Sequence record: MN445184
From: Escherichia phage vB_EcoA_4HA11
Direction: 5' to 3' (one strand)
DNA length: 64,000 nt
Shown here: positions 48,698 to 57,599 of the stretch, in pieces
Position numbering within the stretch: position 1 is the first letter of the stretch
How the letters are laid out: each line of letters begins with the position of its first letter
Position numbers and translations under genes: made by a program
Notes under the pieces: model-generated
Told to the model about the DNA's origin: nothing
Databases searched by the model: none
The model's input: only the letters and a program-made list of their open reading frames with translations

Positions 48698-48910
48698 ATG
48701 AAGGTTGAAGATATTAAAGAAACTCGTGACGGAAGGCGTGTGAGAATTATCTGTGTAGATGCTAAAATCGCCGATGGTTCATATAACATTGTGGGTCTTA
48801 TCAAAGGCGAAAAGGGAAATGATTTTATTGAATGGTGGGACGAAAAGAACGTGGTTGATGGTTATATTCTAGCAAATTCAGATCCTTCCGGACGCGACAT
48901 CAAGTTATAA
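48698..48910 (+). CDS. small hypothetical protein co-oriented with the endonuclease-like gene
   Basis: 70-aa ORF with GAGGAA SD. Confidence 0.4.
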   Translation: MKVEDIKETRDGRRVRIICVDAKIADGSYNIVGLIKGEKGNDFIEWWDEKNVVDGYILANSDPSGRDIKL

Positions 48911-48937
48911 AAAGAAAGGCGGGTTATCCCGCCTTCT
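48911..48937. terminator. bidirectional terminator hairpin
   Basis: AAGGCGGG-TTAT-CCCGCCTT stem between convergent genes. Confidence 0.55.
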
Positions 48938-48938
48938 C

Positions 48939-49748
48939 TTATCCCATCATGAAATCAATGGGGTATTGCTGACCAGTACGCAATTCTTCCTCCAACCGCT
49001 CTATCTCGGTCTCGGCCTCACTGAACATACTATCACCATCCAGTTCGATACCACCAGGGAGACGGATGCCTCTTGCCTTCTTAAGCACCTCTGCCCAACG
49101 GCGCTTGACCAATGCAGTCGCATACGCTTTCAACCACATATCATTCCATGCTTCAGCGTTTTCTTCCGATTCGGGGTCGATATTTTGATAACAACGAAAA
49201 GCCAGGGTTTCATCAACAATGGCAGCAAACTGCGGGTAAAGGCGTCGCTGGAACTTCTTGTACACAAAATTACGGCGAACATTTAAGACGCTTGTGATAT
49301 CCGACAGGCGTTGTTGCATGGAAACATAATCAATGAGACGAATAGAAACCAGCGCTGCTTTGGGGACAAGCATTGCTTGAGCCATTTGCCATTGAGGAGT
49401 TGCCCAGTTTCCGATTGACTCAATAGGAGGTCCAGGGATAACTTCAATCACATCGTCAATATCATCGGGAAATTCTATATACCCCTTGTCAATATCTTCT
49501 TGTTTAACTTGGTACAGGAAGAACGCATCTTGGCTACCATCACGATGATATTCCCAAAATTTCTGCAGAGCATCATCGACTGCATCTTCGACTTGTGAAC
49601 TGTCAAGGTTAATTTGGATCACAGGAGCGCCCAATTTACGCAAGACATAATTCATAAAAGATTTTTTGTCTCGAATCTTATTGACGGCCATTGTTATTCC
49701 CCTTTTGCTGCAAATCAGATACAGTAATCCGCAGTGTGCGAACATCAT
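48939..49748 (-). CDS. neck/head-completion protein (gp13-like by synteny)
   Basis: Likely start ATG 49691 with AAGGGG SD. Confidence 0.4.
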   Translation of the reverse strand: MMFAHCGLLYLICSKRGITMAVNKIRDKKSFMNYVLRKLGAPVIQINLDSSQVEDAVDDALQKFWEYHRDGSQDAFFLYQVKQEDIDKGYIEFPDDIDDVIEVIPGPPIESIGNWATPQWQMAQAMLVPKAALVSIRLIDYVSMQQRLSDITSVLNVRRNFVYKKFQRRLYPQFAAIVDETLAFRCYQNIDPESEENAEAWNDMWLKAYATALVKRRWAEVLKKARGIRLPGGIELDGDSMFSEAETEIERLEEELRTGQQYPIDFMMG

Positions 49749-50019
49749 CTGAAAGACTGCTGCTATTGAGTTTTAACTCAGCCATGTTTTGTTTGACATA
49801 TGCGAGGTCAGTATTCATGATCGCCATACGTTCACTCATGTCATTCACTTTCTGAAGAACTTGATCCATCTTGTTGGAATCTCGTTCCAATACATTCACG
49901 CGCGTTTCCATCCCGCCCATGAACCAAAGGAACGATGCTGCCGAGACCAATGCAGAAGCCACGACAGCGGTTAAGATACCACGGATGTCAAGCCCCGTTC
50001 TTTCAGCTTGCGTCGCCAT
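49678..50019 (-). CDS. membrane-anchored coiled-coil protein
   Basis: AGGAGG SD; N-terminal TM segment ILTAVVASALVSAASFLWF then coiled coil. Confidence 0.45.
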   Translation of the reverse strand: MATQAERTGLDIRGILTAVVASALVSAASFLWFMGGMETRVNVLERDSNKMDQVLQKVNDMSERMAIMNTDLAYVKQNMAELKLNSSSLSDDVRTLRITVSDLQQKGNNNGRQ

Positions 50020-50290
50020 TCTGACCTCCTTCGGGGATTTCGATCCCCAACTTTTCGGCCATCATTTTGATTGTCGCCTCCAGATTAGATATCTGGTTTG
50101 ATTGTTCAACAATGGTGGCTTCACGGGTTTCATTGCGTTGACGGGCTTGCAATGCAGCCATGCCAGCGGCGTGATCGGTGCAAATAATCGCGCCAGGGCA
50201 AGAACTGCTTCTCAACATGGATGCGTGCCCCTGTACTTTCACTCCACGCATATCTTTATCCTCTATTGGTTTGGTGGGCTTTACGCCCAC
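50003..50290 (-). CDS. small hypothetical protein
   Basis: Track start is GTG; likelier ATG 50251 with GAGGA SD. Confidence 0.35.
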   Translation of the reverse strand: MGVKPTKPIEDKDMRGVKVQGHASMLRSSSCPGAIICTDHAAGMAALQARQRNETREATIVEQSNQISNLEATIKMMAEKLGIEIPEGGQNGDAS

Positions 50291-50303
50291 CTTTCAACAT
50301 TAT

Positions 50304-53300
50304 TTATGCCAGAGCAATAAGACGGAAGTCTTTGAATGATGGAGGAGCAACGCGGTTCCCCCGTACAAGCGCTCGGACTTTCAGGCCAACAAACGGGTTA
50401 TTGCTCGCCACAGTCTTGTCATACTCATATTCAAAGAATGTGGAACCGTCGTTAACCAGAGGCGAAGTTGGGGTGACGTCTTCCCAAGCCACACTATCCA
50501 TCTCTTGCCCTGCTCGTAGAAGTTTCACCTGCACCTTCATCGAAGACTGAGATGGGAGCATTGCACCAAAGAACAACTTCACAGTAGAACACGGATTATC
50601 AAATCCGATGTCCTTTGTCACGTATTTGAAGACATCTTCAAATGGATCCACACCGTATGAGTTGAAGATTACGCTCAGGTCATCGCCATCAATCATTGGA
50701 GCAGTGTACACGTTGTTTTCACTACGCGTCATGGTGGCTCGGATTTGGAAATCCCCGACCTGACGATAGATACCTTCAGTCGGCAATGCCACGTCAGTGT
50801 CAGTTTCAAACTCAGCCCAATCAGACATAGAATTTGAAGTGGCATCGCGATAACGGTATTCCAATTTCAGAATTGAACCTTCCAGAGCCGAATTGGTAAC
50901 GCTGGCATAGAACATATCAACCAGATAATTGCCCAAGAAAGAAGCATTATCTCCACCGATTTGTCCATTGCTGTCTGCTGCCGTACCGACGTCAATCTTG
51001 AATGAAGTATAGCTCGCATCTGTCACAGTAAACGTTTTGTTAAGTTGTTCAGGAGTAAAGCCACAACCGCCTGTCAATTCAGAAAGAGTGACATTGTTCC
51101 CAGCAACCAAACCATGACCAGGTGCAAACACAGTCACAACAGAAGACCCGCTTACGCAGTTCAGAGTGTTCAATCCCAACGGACGTTGTTTTGGCCCGAG
51201 CTTCGGATCAAATGTTACAACGTTCTGTCCCGCAGCGAAGTTACAACGATATATGCGGAATTTCATATCAGCCATTTGGTTTGGAGACCATGTAGAACCG
51301 TTTGAAGAAGTGAAGAACACCCCTGTATACGGTTGTTTGGCGATATATTCGTTGGACAGAAGGTTTTTCTTGCCCATTTCCGCGATATACGCGTTGTAAT
51401 CCTGAGTATTCGCCAACAAAACGATAGCAAACTCAGTCGATGCTTGCAGATACACCGGATAATCAAAGGTGAACTTCGTACCGCCGGAAGAGTCTGTAGA
51501 GATCGTCACTTCAGACGGGTTCAAAGTTTTACGAGTAATGACTGTATGAGAAGGTAAGCCATTCTCCATCTCGCGAATTTCCAGAGTGATCGGAACATCA
51601 CGTGACTTGGTAGAGAAGAATACTTCCACGCCTTCAATATACTCGCCGCCATTCTTAGTCGCTACCATAAACGATTGGGCAATCGGATCACGCCATTGGT
51701 CGACCACAACTTCAGAAGTGCTGGTTTCGGTGCGAGTACTAGCAGTGTAACCCAGGACACGAGTGTTGACAAAGGTCTTTTGAATACCTTGTTTCTTACC
51801 GAAAGATTTATGAACAATTTCTGCATTGGTCAGTGTATCATCCGCAGATTTACTGTCAACAGGGCTATCCGTTAAGCGGAACACGTTATCGCCTGTGTTG
51901 AACTTGATTGTATCGTTCTGTGGAACGCGGAATATACCTTTAACAGCACCATTGGCATCAGTGGTGATTGGGTCACCGAAATTACCACCATTCGGTTTGC
52001 AATACAGATTGACGTCACGACCAGAGAAGAACGCATACATACGAGTGAAAGGTCGCAGCCCAGATGCGTCGAAAGAAATATCGATCTCGCGCATGTATGG
52101 GATAACTTGCGTCTCCACAATCTGTTCACCAGTCATGGTCGTGGTTGTTTTGTCCGTGTATGTATATGTGGTGACATCACGGGCAGAAACAGTCGTGCGG
52201 TAACGATATCCCCACCACACACCACCAGCGCCATGCGGTTCCCAAACACGATCAGAAACAGAAACAGTACGCCATGTTCCGTACACTGAACCTTCTTGTA
52301 CAGTACCACGGGTGTTGATCGTTTCATTGATAATACGCGGCGCAACATAATAGTTTTCGAACCAGTAGTCTGTGGTCGGGTTAATCTTCAAGAAACCTTC
52401 CCAATTGAATACTGCATACGGGTTAACGTTGATCGTCGTCGTCGCATATTCTTGGTTCACTGAGATTTCAGGCGTGTAATTACAAACCACCATCCCATCC
52501 ATCACTTTGTTCCAGCCAACAGGAGTCATGTCAACAACGTTCTGTTGTACAAACGGGCGTAGACGTCCGTTTTCGGTATCGATAGAACCCATCCAATCTT
52601 CAGACAAGTCATCAATCAACCGGAAGTCTTTGAACGGATCAGCTGCAATACCATTTTTGAAACGGGGATTGCCCGTGATGGGGTCGAACACTTGCTGTGT
52701 CATCGCTGAAGATTCCAACTGTGACAGAGAGGTATAGTATTCAACATTGGAAATACGGGTTTCCAGTTTACCGATATCGCGCATCGTATAACGACGATTG
52801 TCAATAGTGCGAATTTGGATATCATCAATATTCGGCGTATACGGTGGGATCAACAATTCATACAAACGCATGGCGTTCGCTGGGATTGCTGGAGAAGCCA
52901 GATTGTTCGAACTGATGCCACGAGCCACACCAAACACACCGTTATCTGCCAGATAAATCGCGTCAATACGCGGCAGATAATATTCTGTGTCCAGAATAAC
53001 TGCAGTGTTTGGACGAACCATATCTGTGTCAGAAGTTCCGTTGGTGATTTTCGGACGGAAATCCAAACTATCTGCCAGGCCGTACACCGCGCCTGATGTA
53101 GAAGATGTATAATTCGGGATATCTTTATAATCCATCGAAGTATACGAATCAGCAGAGAAGAAATCACCGGAACTGTGGGCGAAGTATTGATACACCACTG
53201 TATACGTCCCTGAGATTGCTCCAGCGCTGGATAACAAGTTAGACTTGTAATACCCTGCATCACGCTGTCCGCCATCTAGGACGAAGCTGGAGGTCACGTC

Positions 53301-55142
53301 TGCGCCAGTATCGTTTTTGACCGACACCAATTTCCAACCATCGTGATTCGCCAAAGGGCGGCTAGTCTGCGAGGTGAACGTCACTGTTTCAGTTGTTTCA
53401 GTGATGGTCTTCGTTTTGATTGTGGCCGTGGTACGAATCATCAGCGCCAGCAAATTGATTGACTGGTTAGCATTACCACTGCCCAGAGAAATCTGCAACG
53501 CCGAACCGACCGGAGAACCAGTCAAAGACAAAGAACCAGAGATATCGAACTGCGCTTCGGAACCATCAGATTTCGCTGCAGAGTACAACGAAAATTCTGG
53601 GGAAAAACTATATCCCAATGGAGCAGAAATAGAACCCGCGCCGCTGTTGTCCAACGTCACTTTATACGTTCTGAGAACAGTGTAGTTGATATCCACGGAG
53701 CCAGTTGGTGCTAAAGTCTTGACACCGAATACCGGAAGAGAGAAGATCAGATCTATCATAGAACTCTGGTTAAACTGATTGGATTCCAGTTCAGCAGAGA
53801 ACATGGTGATACCGCTTTCTTCGTAAGACACTTTGGTGATAGTGGATGCATCGCCAGTAACGACCAGGTCGCGCATATACAGACGAAATTCTGTTGAATT
53901 ACGTTCAGCTGATATACAAAGTGCTGTAGCCTGGGTAACGCCTGAAGCATTCAGTAATTTGTATCGAACGGTGCGGGATATCACTGGCACACCTTTAGAA
54001 TTCTTAGTGACCAGATAATTGCCTGTGGCCACCGCAACAGGGGTGTTGTTCAGGACATCGGTATCCCGCGCCTTATCAACGATCACCAACTCTTCCCCGA
54101 CGTTTTCGATACGGCGACCGCGAACATAGGAAATACCTGGTTTCATTACAGACACGAATTTACTTTCGTCGCCGCCATCAGCAGCATTGAATACACCACC
54201 ATTGTTATTGACTTTCAGGTGTTCGCGGATGTCGATCTGGTGCGTTGAAACGTTGTAATCGCCGTTGGTTTCATACGTCCGTTGGGCCAACGTGTCTTCC
54301 AGAATATTATAGGTGGACTGAGTCACCATAGACTGGATTTTACCATCACGAACTTTGGCCAGTTCAACAAAGTCTTCAACCACAGCATCATAATCAAATC
54401 GAGATAAGACCAGATCTATTCGAAGACGATGAGCGCCTGGGGCTTTGGAGTTAATCGTTCCCTGAGCATTTGAATAAAGGGATTCATCTTCTGTTTCAGT
54501 GACAATGGTTTCGGTGACTTTAAATCCGATGCGGTGGGAAGTGATGTTAGAAGTTTTGTCAACGATAAGAGTTGCGTCATCAACGTCTAGGAACATCCCA
54601 CGAATGAAGTAAACGCCTTTCGTCATACGAGCGACGATAGAACCAGTCACTGCAGCTGCGATACCATAACCAATACGAATGAAATTATCATTCACGTCGT
54701 AAGTCTGGAAATACAGATTATCGTTAACATGGAATCCGTCAGCATTACCCGCTTCAGTCATCTCAAGGATAGCCAGCATCGTATCAGGAGCAGACAGATC
54801 ACGTTCAAGAGACAACACACGCGCTTTGGCATTATTGTCCTTCCCCAAAACGTAGAGTTCAGAAATACCTTCCAGATCAGTGAATTCAGTACCACCAGCC
54901 AAAGTGAATTTCAAAGAAACTGCGGCATTGGTGATCGTCAGACCGCCAGGGATAACCATAGAACCATCTTTGAACAAATGGTTGCCTAATTTTTCAATTT
55001 GATCCTGAAGAATAGTCTGCATCTGGTTCAGTTCGCGAGTCTGAACCTTGATAGGCATCGGACGAAAAAGAATCCGTGAAAAACGTTTCCCAGGATTCCA
55101 GTCATCCCAATACGGGCGACGGTTTAAATTTGTAGATTGCAT
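50304..55142 (-). CDS. very large virion structural protein (1612 aa), function unassigned
   Basis: Single uninterrupted ORF with ATG start, own ACTAAATA motif and upstream terminator; Gly/Thr/Ser/Asn-rich. Confidence 0.7.
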   Translation of the reverse strand: MQSTNLNRRPYWDDWNPGKRFSRILFRPMPIKVQTRELNQMQTILQDQIEKLGNHLFKDGSMVIPGGLTITNAAVSLKFTLAGGTEFTDLEGISELYVLGKDNNAKARVLSLERDLSAPDTMLAILEMTEAGNADGFHVNDNLYFQTYDVNDNFIRIGYGIAAAVTGSIVARMTKGVYFIRGMFLDVDDATLIVDKTSNITSHRIGFKVTETIVTETEDESLYSNAQGTINSKAPGAHRLRIDLVLSRFDYDAVVEDFVELAKVRDGKIQSMVTQSTYNILEDTLAQRTYETNGDYNVSTHQIDIREHLKVNNNGGVFNAADGGDESKFVSVMKPGISYVRGRRIENVGEELVIVDKARDTDVLNNTPVAVATGNYLVTKNSKGVPVISRTVRYKLLNASGVTQATALCISAERNSTEFRLYMRDLVVTGDASTITKVSYEESGITMFSAELESNQFNQSSMIDLIFSLPVFGVKTLAPTGSVDINYTVLRTYKVTLDNSGAGSISAPLGYSFSPEFSLYSAAKSDGSEAQFDISGSLSLTGSPVGSALQISLGSGNANQSINLLALMIRTTATIKTKTITETTETVTFTSQTSRPLANHDGWKLVSVKNDTGADVTSSFVLDGGQRDAGYYKSNLLSSAGAISGTYTVVYQYFAHSSGDFFSADSYTSMDYKDIPNYTSSTSGAVYGLADSLDFRPKITNGTSDTDMVRPNTAVILDTEYYLPRIDAIYLADNGVFGVARGISSNNLASPAIPANAMRLYELLIPPYTPNIDDIQIRTIDNRRYTMRDIGKLETRISNVEYYTSLSQLESSAMTQQVFDPITGNPRFKNGIAADPFKDFRLIDDLSEDWMGSIDTENGRLRPFVQQNVVDMTPVGWNKVMDGMVVCNYTPEISVNQEYATTTINVNPYAVFNWEGFLKINPTTDYWFENYYVAPRIINETINTRGTVQEGSVYGTWRTVSVSDRVWEPHGAGGVWWGYRYRTTVSARDVTTYTYTDKTTTTMTGEQIVETQVIPYMREIDISFDASGLRPFTRMYAFFSGRDVNLYCKPNGGNFGDPITTDANGAVKGIFRVPQNDTIKFNTGDNVFRLTDSPVDSKSADDTLTNAEIVHKSFGKKQGIQKTFVNTRVLGYTASTRTETSTSEVVVDQWRDPIAQSFMVATKNGGEYIEGVEVFFSTKSRDVPITLEIREMENGLPSHTVITRKTLNPSEVTISTDSSGGTKFTFDYPVYLQASTEFAIVLLANTQDYNAYIAEMGKKNLLSNEYIAKQPYTGVFFTSSNGSTWSPNQMADMKFRIYRCNFAAGQNVVTFDPKLGPKQRPLGLNTLNCVSGSSVVTVFAPGHGLVAGNNVTLSELTGGCGFTPEQLNKTFTVTDASYTSFKIDVGTAADSNGQIGGDNASFLGNYLVDMFYASVTNSALEGSILKLEYRYRDATSNSMSDWAEFETDTDVALPTEGIYRQVGDFQIRATMTRSENNVYTAPMIDGDDLSVIFNSYGVDPFEDVFKYVTKDIGFDNPCSTVKLFFGAMLPSQSSMKVQVKLLRAGQEMDSVAWEDVTPTSPLVNDGSTFFEYEYDKTVASNNPFVGLKVRALVRGNRVAPPSFKDFRLIALA

Positions 55143-55174
55143 TTTGATGCTCCATAGAGTGCCATTTATAGAGA

Positions 55175-55182
55175 TATTTAGT
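55175..55182 (-). promoter_or_regulatory. late-promoter-like motif ACTAAATA
   Basis: About 33 nt upstream of ATG 55142, just downstream of a terminator. Confidence 0.35.
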
Positions 55183-55204
55183 ATACAGCCAACAAACAGG
55201 ATAG

Positions 55205-55233
55205 AAATAAAACCCCCGCCGAAGCGGGGTTTT
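55205..55233 (-). terminator. rho-independent terminator after the 770-aa tailspike gene
   Basis: CCCCGC-UUCG-GCGGGG (55214..55229) then UUUUAUUUCU. Confidence 0.65.
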
Positions 55234-55235
55234 TA

Positions 55236-57548
55236 CTATGATCCTATAATTTTATAGGTTAGAGAAGTATTACCATCAACTGGATCAGCATCTATTCCTG
55301 TCGGTCTTGACGCTGTCTTAACCATGACACCAGCGATAGTTTGTCCAGCTGTTGCACCTACATACTTAGAACAATTTACAGAATAGAATAATTGCCTGTA
55401 TTCAATATTACCCTGAATCTCACTTAGTACAACATAGGCCGCACCAGAATCCACTGGGCAGTTAGTATGTATGTTTACTTTTTCCGTGGTGGAGACTCTA
55501 AACATATGGCCGCCATCTGTAGATATACCAGCAAGCCCAATTAATGATAATGTCCCACCGGTTTTGATAAGGAAGCTACTACCAGAATTTGCCTTCAAGC
55601 TACCAGTACCTTCAAAATTAACCATCGGCAACTCCGTGTTAGAGGTAATGGCTATCTCACCTGGGTTAAGATAAACTCTTTTGCACTTGAATAGCTGGCA
55701 TAACTTTGAAATATTAAGTAGCTCTCTTATAGGTTTGGTTCCGTTAAATCCCCAGTTGTAGTTATTACCATTTACAGGATCTATGTATAGAGTGTCTGCT
55801 TTTACACCAACAACATCTTTGATATAGAAAATGTCACCAACTTCCCCAAATTGGAATTGACTTCCCATATTTGTACAGTCGAGTACCAATGTAGGGTAGT
55901 TACCAGTACCTCTAACGAGTTTTAAACCACCTACTGGCATTTGTCCTCTGACAACATTTCGAGCAGTTTCTGGGCAGTTTTTAAGGAAGTACATACTATC
56001 TAGATCAGGGTCTTGTCCGGAAAGACCTACCCCTGACAACGTAACATCTGAACTGGTATTGATCAGGTAGAAACTATGTTTTTTCTTCCCACCAGATGAT
56101 TCAATGTGGGGTTTATCAACCATAAATAAACCGTAGGAATCAGTATCCCGGCCAGCGTGAACAAAGTCGAATGATGCTTGTTCGATGATTGGGCTATTAA
56201 ACTTAACCTCTGAACCTGCAAACTGAGTGATGGCAACATCACCTACCTCAGTAAACCCTGCTGGTTTATACACCGCTTGTTCTAGCTCACCATTGGTATT
56301 ACCAAGGCGGGAAATGTAAGCATTGTTTACAGTAGCACCGCCATTAGAGTCAATGAACACTGCGCCCTGAGTTTTATACAGGATGCGTAGATTTTCATGA
56401 ACAGAACCCCATGATGCTGACTGCAACAATCCTACTCTTGGCAGTCTTGCTGTTGTAATATCGCTCCCTGTATTCTCCCCAATAGATAACCCTTTTGTAG
56501 TGCAACCTGCCCCACCTATCCATTTAACACCAACCTTTACACCTGGTGCTGTAATCAGGTTAAGGTTACTAATATCAATTTTTCTGGCACATGTTACAGC
56601 GTACCCATTATCAATATCTAACCCAGTAGGATAATAATCTACATCTTTATTGAGTTTGTATGAACCATCGGGTTGTTTACGGTACACCATTAAGCTGATT
56701 GCTGCTGTATTCTTATCTACTGGGTCATAAAACAATCCTTGCTTACACTCACGAGTAAAAAAGTTTGGTGCTGGCATTTCAATTGAAACACCTGGGGGTA
56801 TGTATAGCGTCTCTGTGAAACGGTATAACTTGGTCAGGTTAATTTTTACTGCTACTTTCTCCATGTACGAGTTTACAGCCGCAGCATCAGGAAGTGTTTC
56901 AGGAACGTTGTTTATGTCTGAAAGCATTTCTTTTAATTTTGAAGTATCGTCAGCTATTCCGTCGCCTACCGCATTGTACTGTTCAGGTGTGCGTACAGTT
57001 AATACATTATTTAGCGTCCCGTGCGGATGAACTCCAATCAACGAGCCATTGCCGTTTGCCAGTTGTGTTCTCAAAGAAGCATCACCAACACTAACCCACG
57101 CGCCAAGACCAATACCACCAGTTGATGCAGGAGTTGAACCGGCAGGGACAGCTTTAGGTAATGCTCCATCCCAGCGATACTTACCATCTGTATAAGTGAG
57201 TAATTCATTTTTAACGTTAAGCGTAGAACCAGAATCAAACGAACCAGGTAAGGTTACGTATTCTTCACGAGATACAGCTAATGCGCCTAAGTCTACAGAA
57301 CCTGCTGAATGTACAAGTACAGCAGCAGTATTAAGACTGACGGCAGTAGTACCAGAAGCAATACCAGCAGGTAAGGAATAAGCTCTTTGCGTTTCCTTGT
57401 CATAGATAACTTTATACCCCCCTAAATCTACACCAACCGAAAAGTAAACAATCTCAGATTGCTTAACCCCAAAGTGTCTAGCTACTGCTTGTTTGTTGGT
57501 TAGGATTCCAGTTGAACCCTTACCACCTTGACTAAACATCTCGTTCAT
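55236..57548 (-). CDS. tailspike protein (770 aa)
   Basis: N-terminal module shared with the 698-aa tailspike; C-terminal region Gly/Asn/Thr-rich beta-helix-like; AAAGAGG SD. Confidence 0.7.
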   Translation of the reverse strand: MNEMFSQGGKGSTGILTNKQAVARHFGVKQSEIVYFSVGVDLGGYKVIYDKETQRAYSLPAGIASGTTAVSLNTAAVLVHSAGSVDLGALAVSREEYVTLPGSFDSGSTLNVKNELLTYTDGKYRWDGALPKAVPAGSTPASTGGIGLGAWVSVGDASLRTQLANGNGSLIGVHPHGTLNNVLTVRTPEQYNAVGDGIADDTSKLKEMLSDINNVPETLPDAAAVNSYMEKVAVKINLTKLYRFTETLYIPPGVSIEMPAPNFFTRECKQGLFYDPVDKNTAAISLMVYRKQPDGSYKLNKDVDYYPTGLDIDNGYAVTCARKIDISNLNLITAPGVKVGVKWIGGAGCTTKGLSIGENTGSDITTARLPRVGLLQSASWGSVHENLRILYKTQGAVFIDSNGGATVNNAYISRLGNTNGELEQAVYKPAGFTEVGDVAITQFAGSEVKFNSPIIEQASFDFVHAGRDTDSYGLFMVDKPHIESSGGKKKHSFYLINTSSDVTLSGVGLSGQDPDLDSMYFLKNCPETARNVVRGQMPVGGLKLVRGTGNYPTLVLDCTNMGSQFQFGEVGDIFYIKDVVGVKADTLYIDPVNGNNYNWGFNGTKPIRELLNISKLCQLFKCKRVYLNPGEIAITSNTELPMVNFEGTGSLKANSGSSFLIKTGGTLSLIGLAGISTDGGHMFRVSTTEKVNIHTNCPVDSGAAYVVLSEIQGNIEYRQLFYSVNCSKYVGATAGQTIAGVMVKTASRPTGIDADPVDGNTSLTYKIIGS
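57069..57548 (-). repeat. N-terminal tailspike module, paralogous copy A
   Basis: About 160 codons similar at protein and DNA level to 62098..62577. Confidence 0.7.
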
Positions 57549-57574
57549 ACATACCTCTTTGTTTTTCTAGTAAG

Positions 57575-57590
57575 CCCCTCCTAAGAGGGG
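57575..57590. promoter_or_regulatory. hairpin CCCCTC-CTAA-GAGGGG in the 51-nt gap between two tailspike genes
   Basis: T-run follows on plus strand only. Confidence 0.35.
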
Positions 57591-57599
57591 TGTATTTTT

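Noticed and set aside
49678-50290. Spanin pair (i-spanin plus o-spanin) interpretation of the two small genes upstream of the neck genes
   Set aside because: The first has a TM segment and coiled coil like an i-spanin, but the second has no signal peptide or lipobox, and the location inside the structural operon is atypical for lysis genes.
57575-57590. Terminator between the 926-aa and 770-aa tailspike genes
   Set aside because: The hairpin is followed by a T-run only on the plus strand, where no gene is present; on the coding strand there is no U-tract, so the two genes are more likely co-transcribed.
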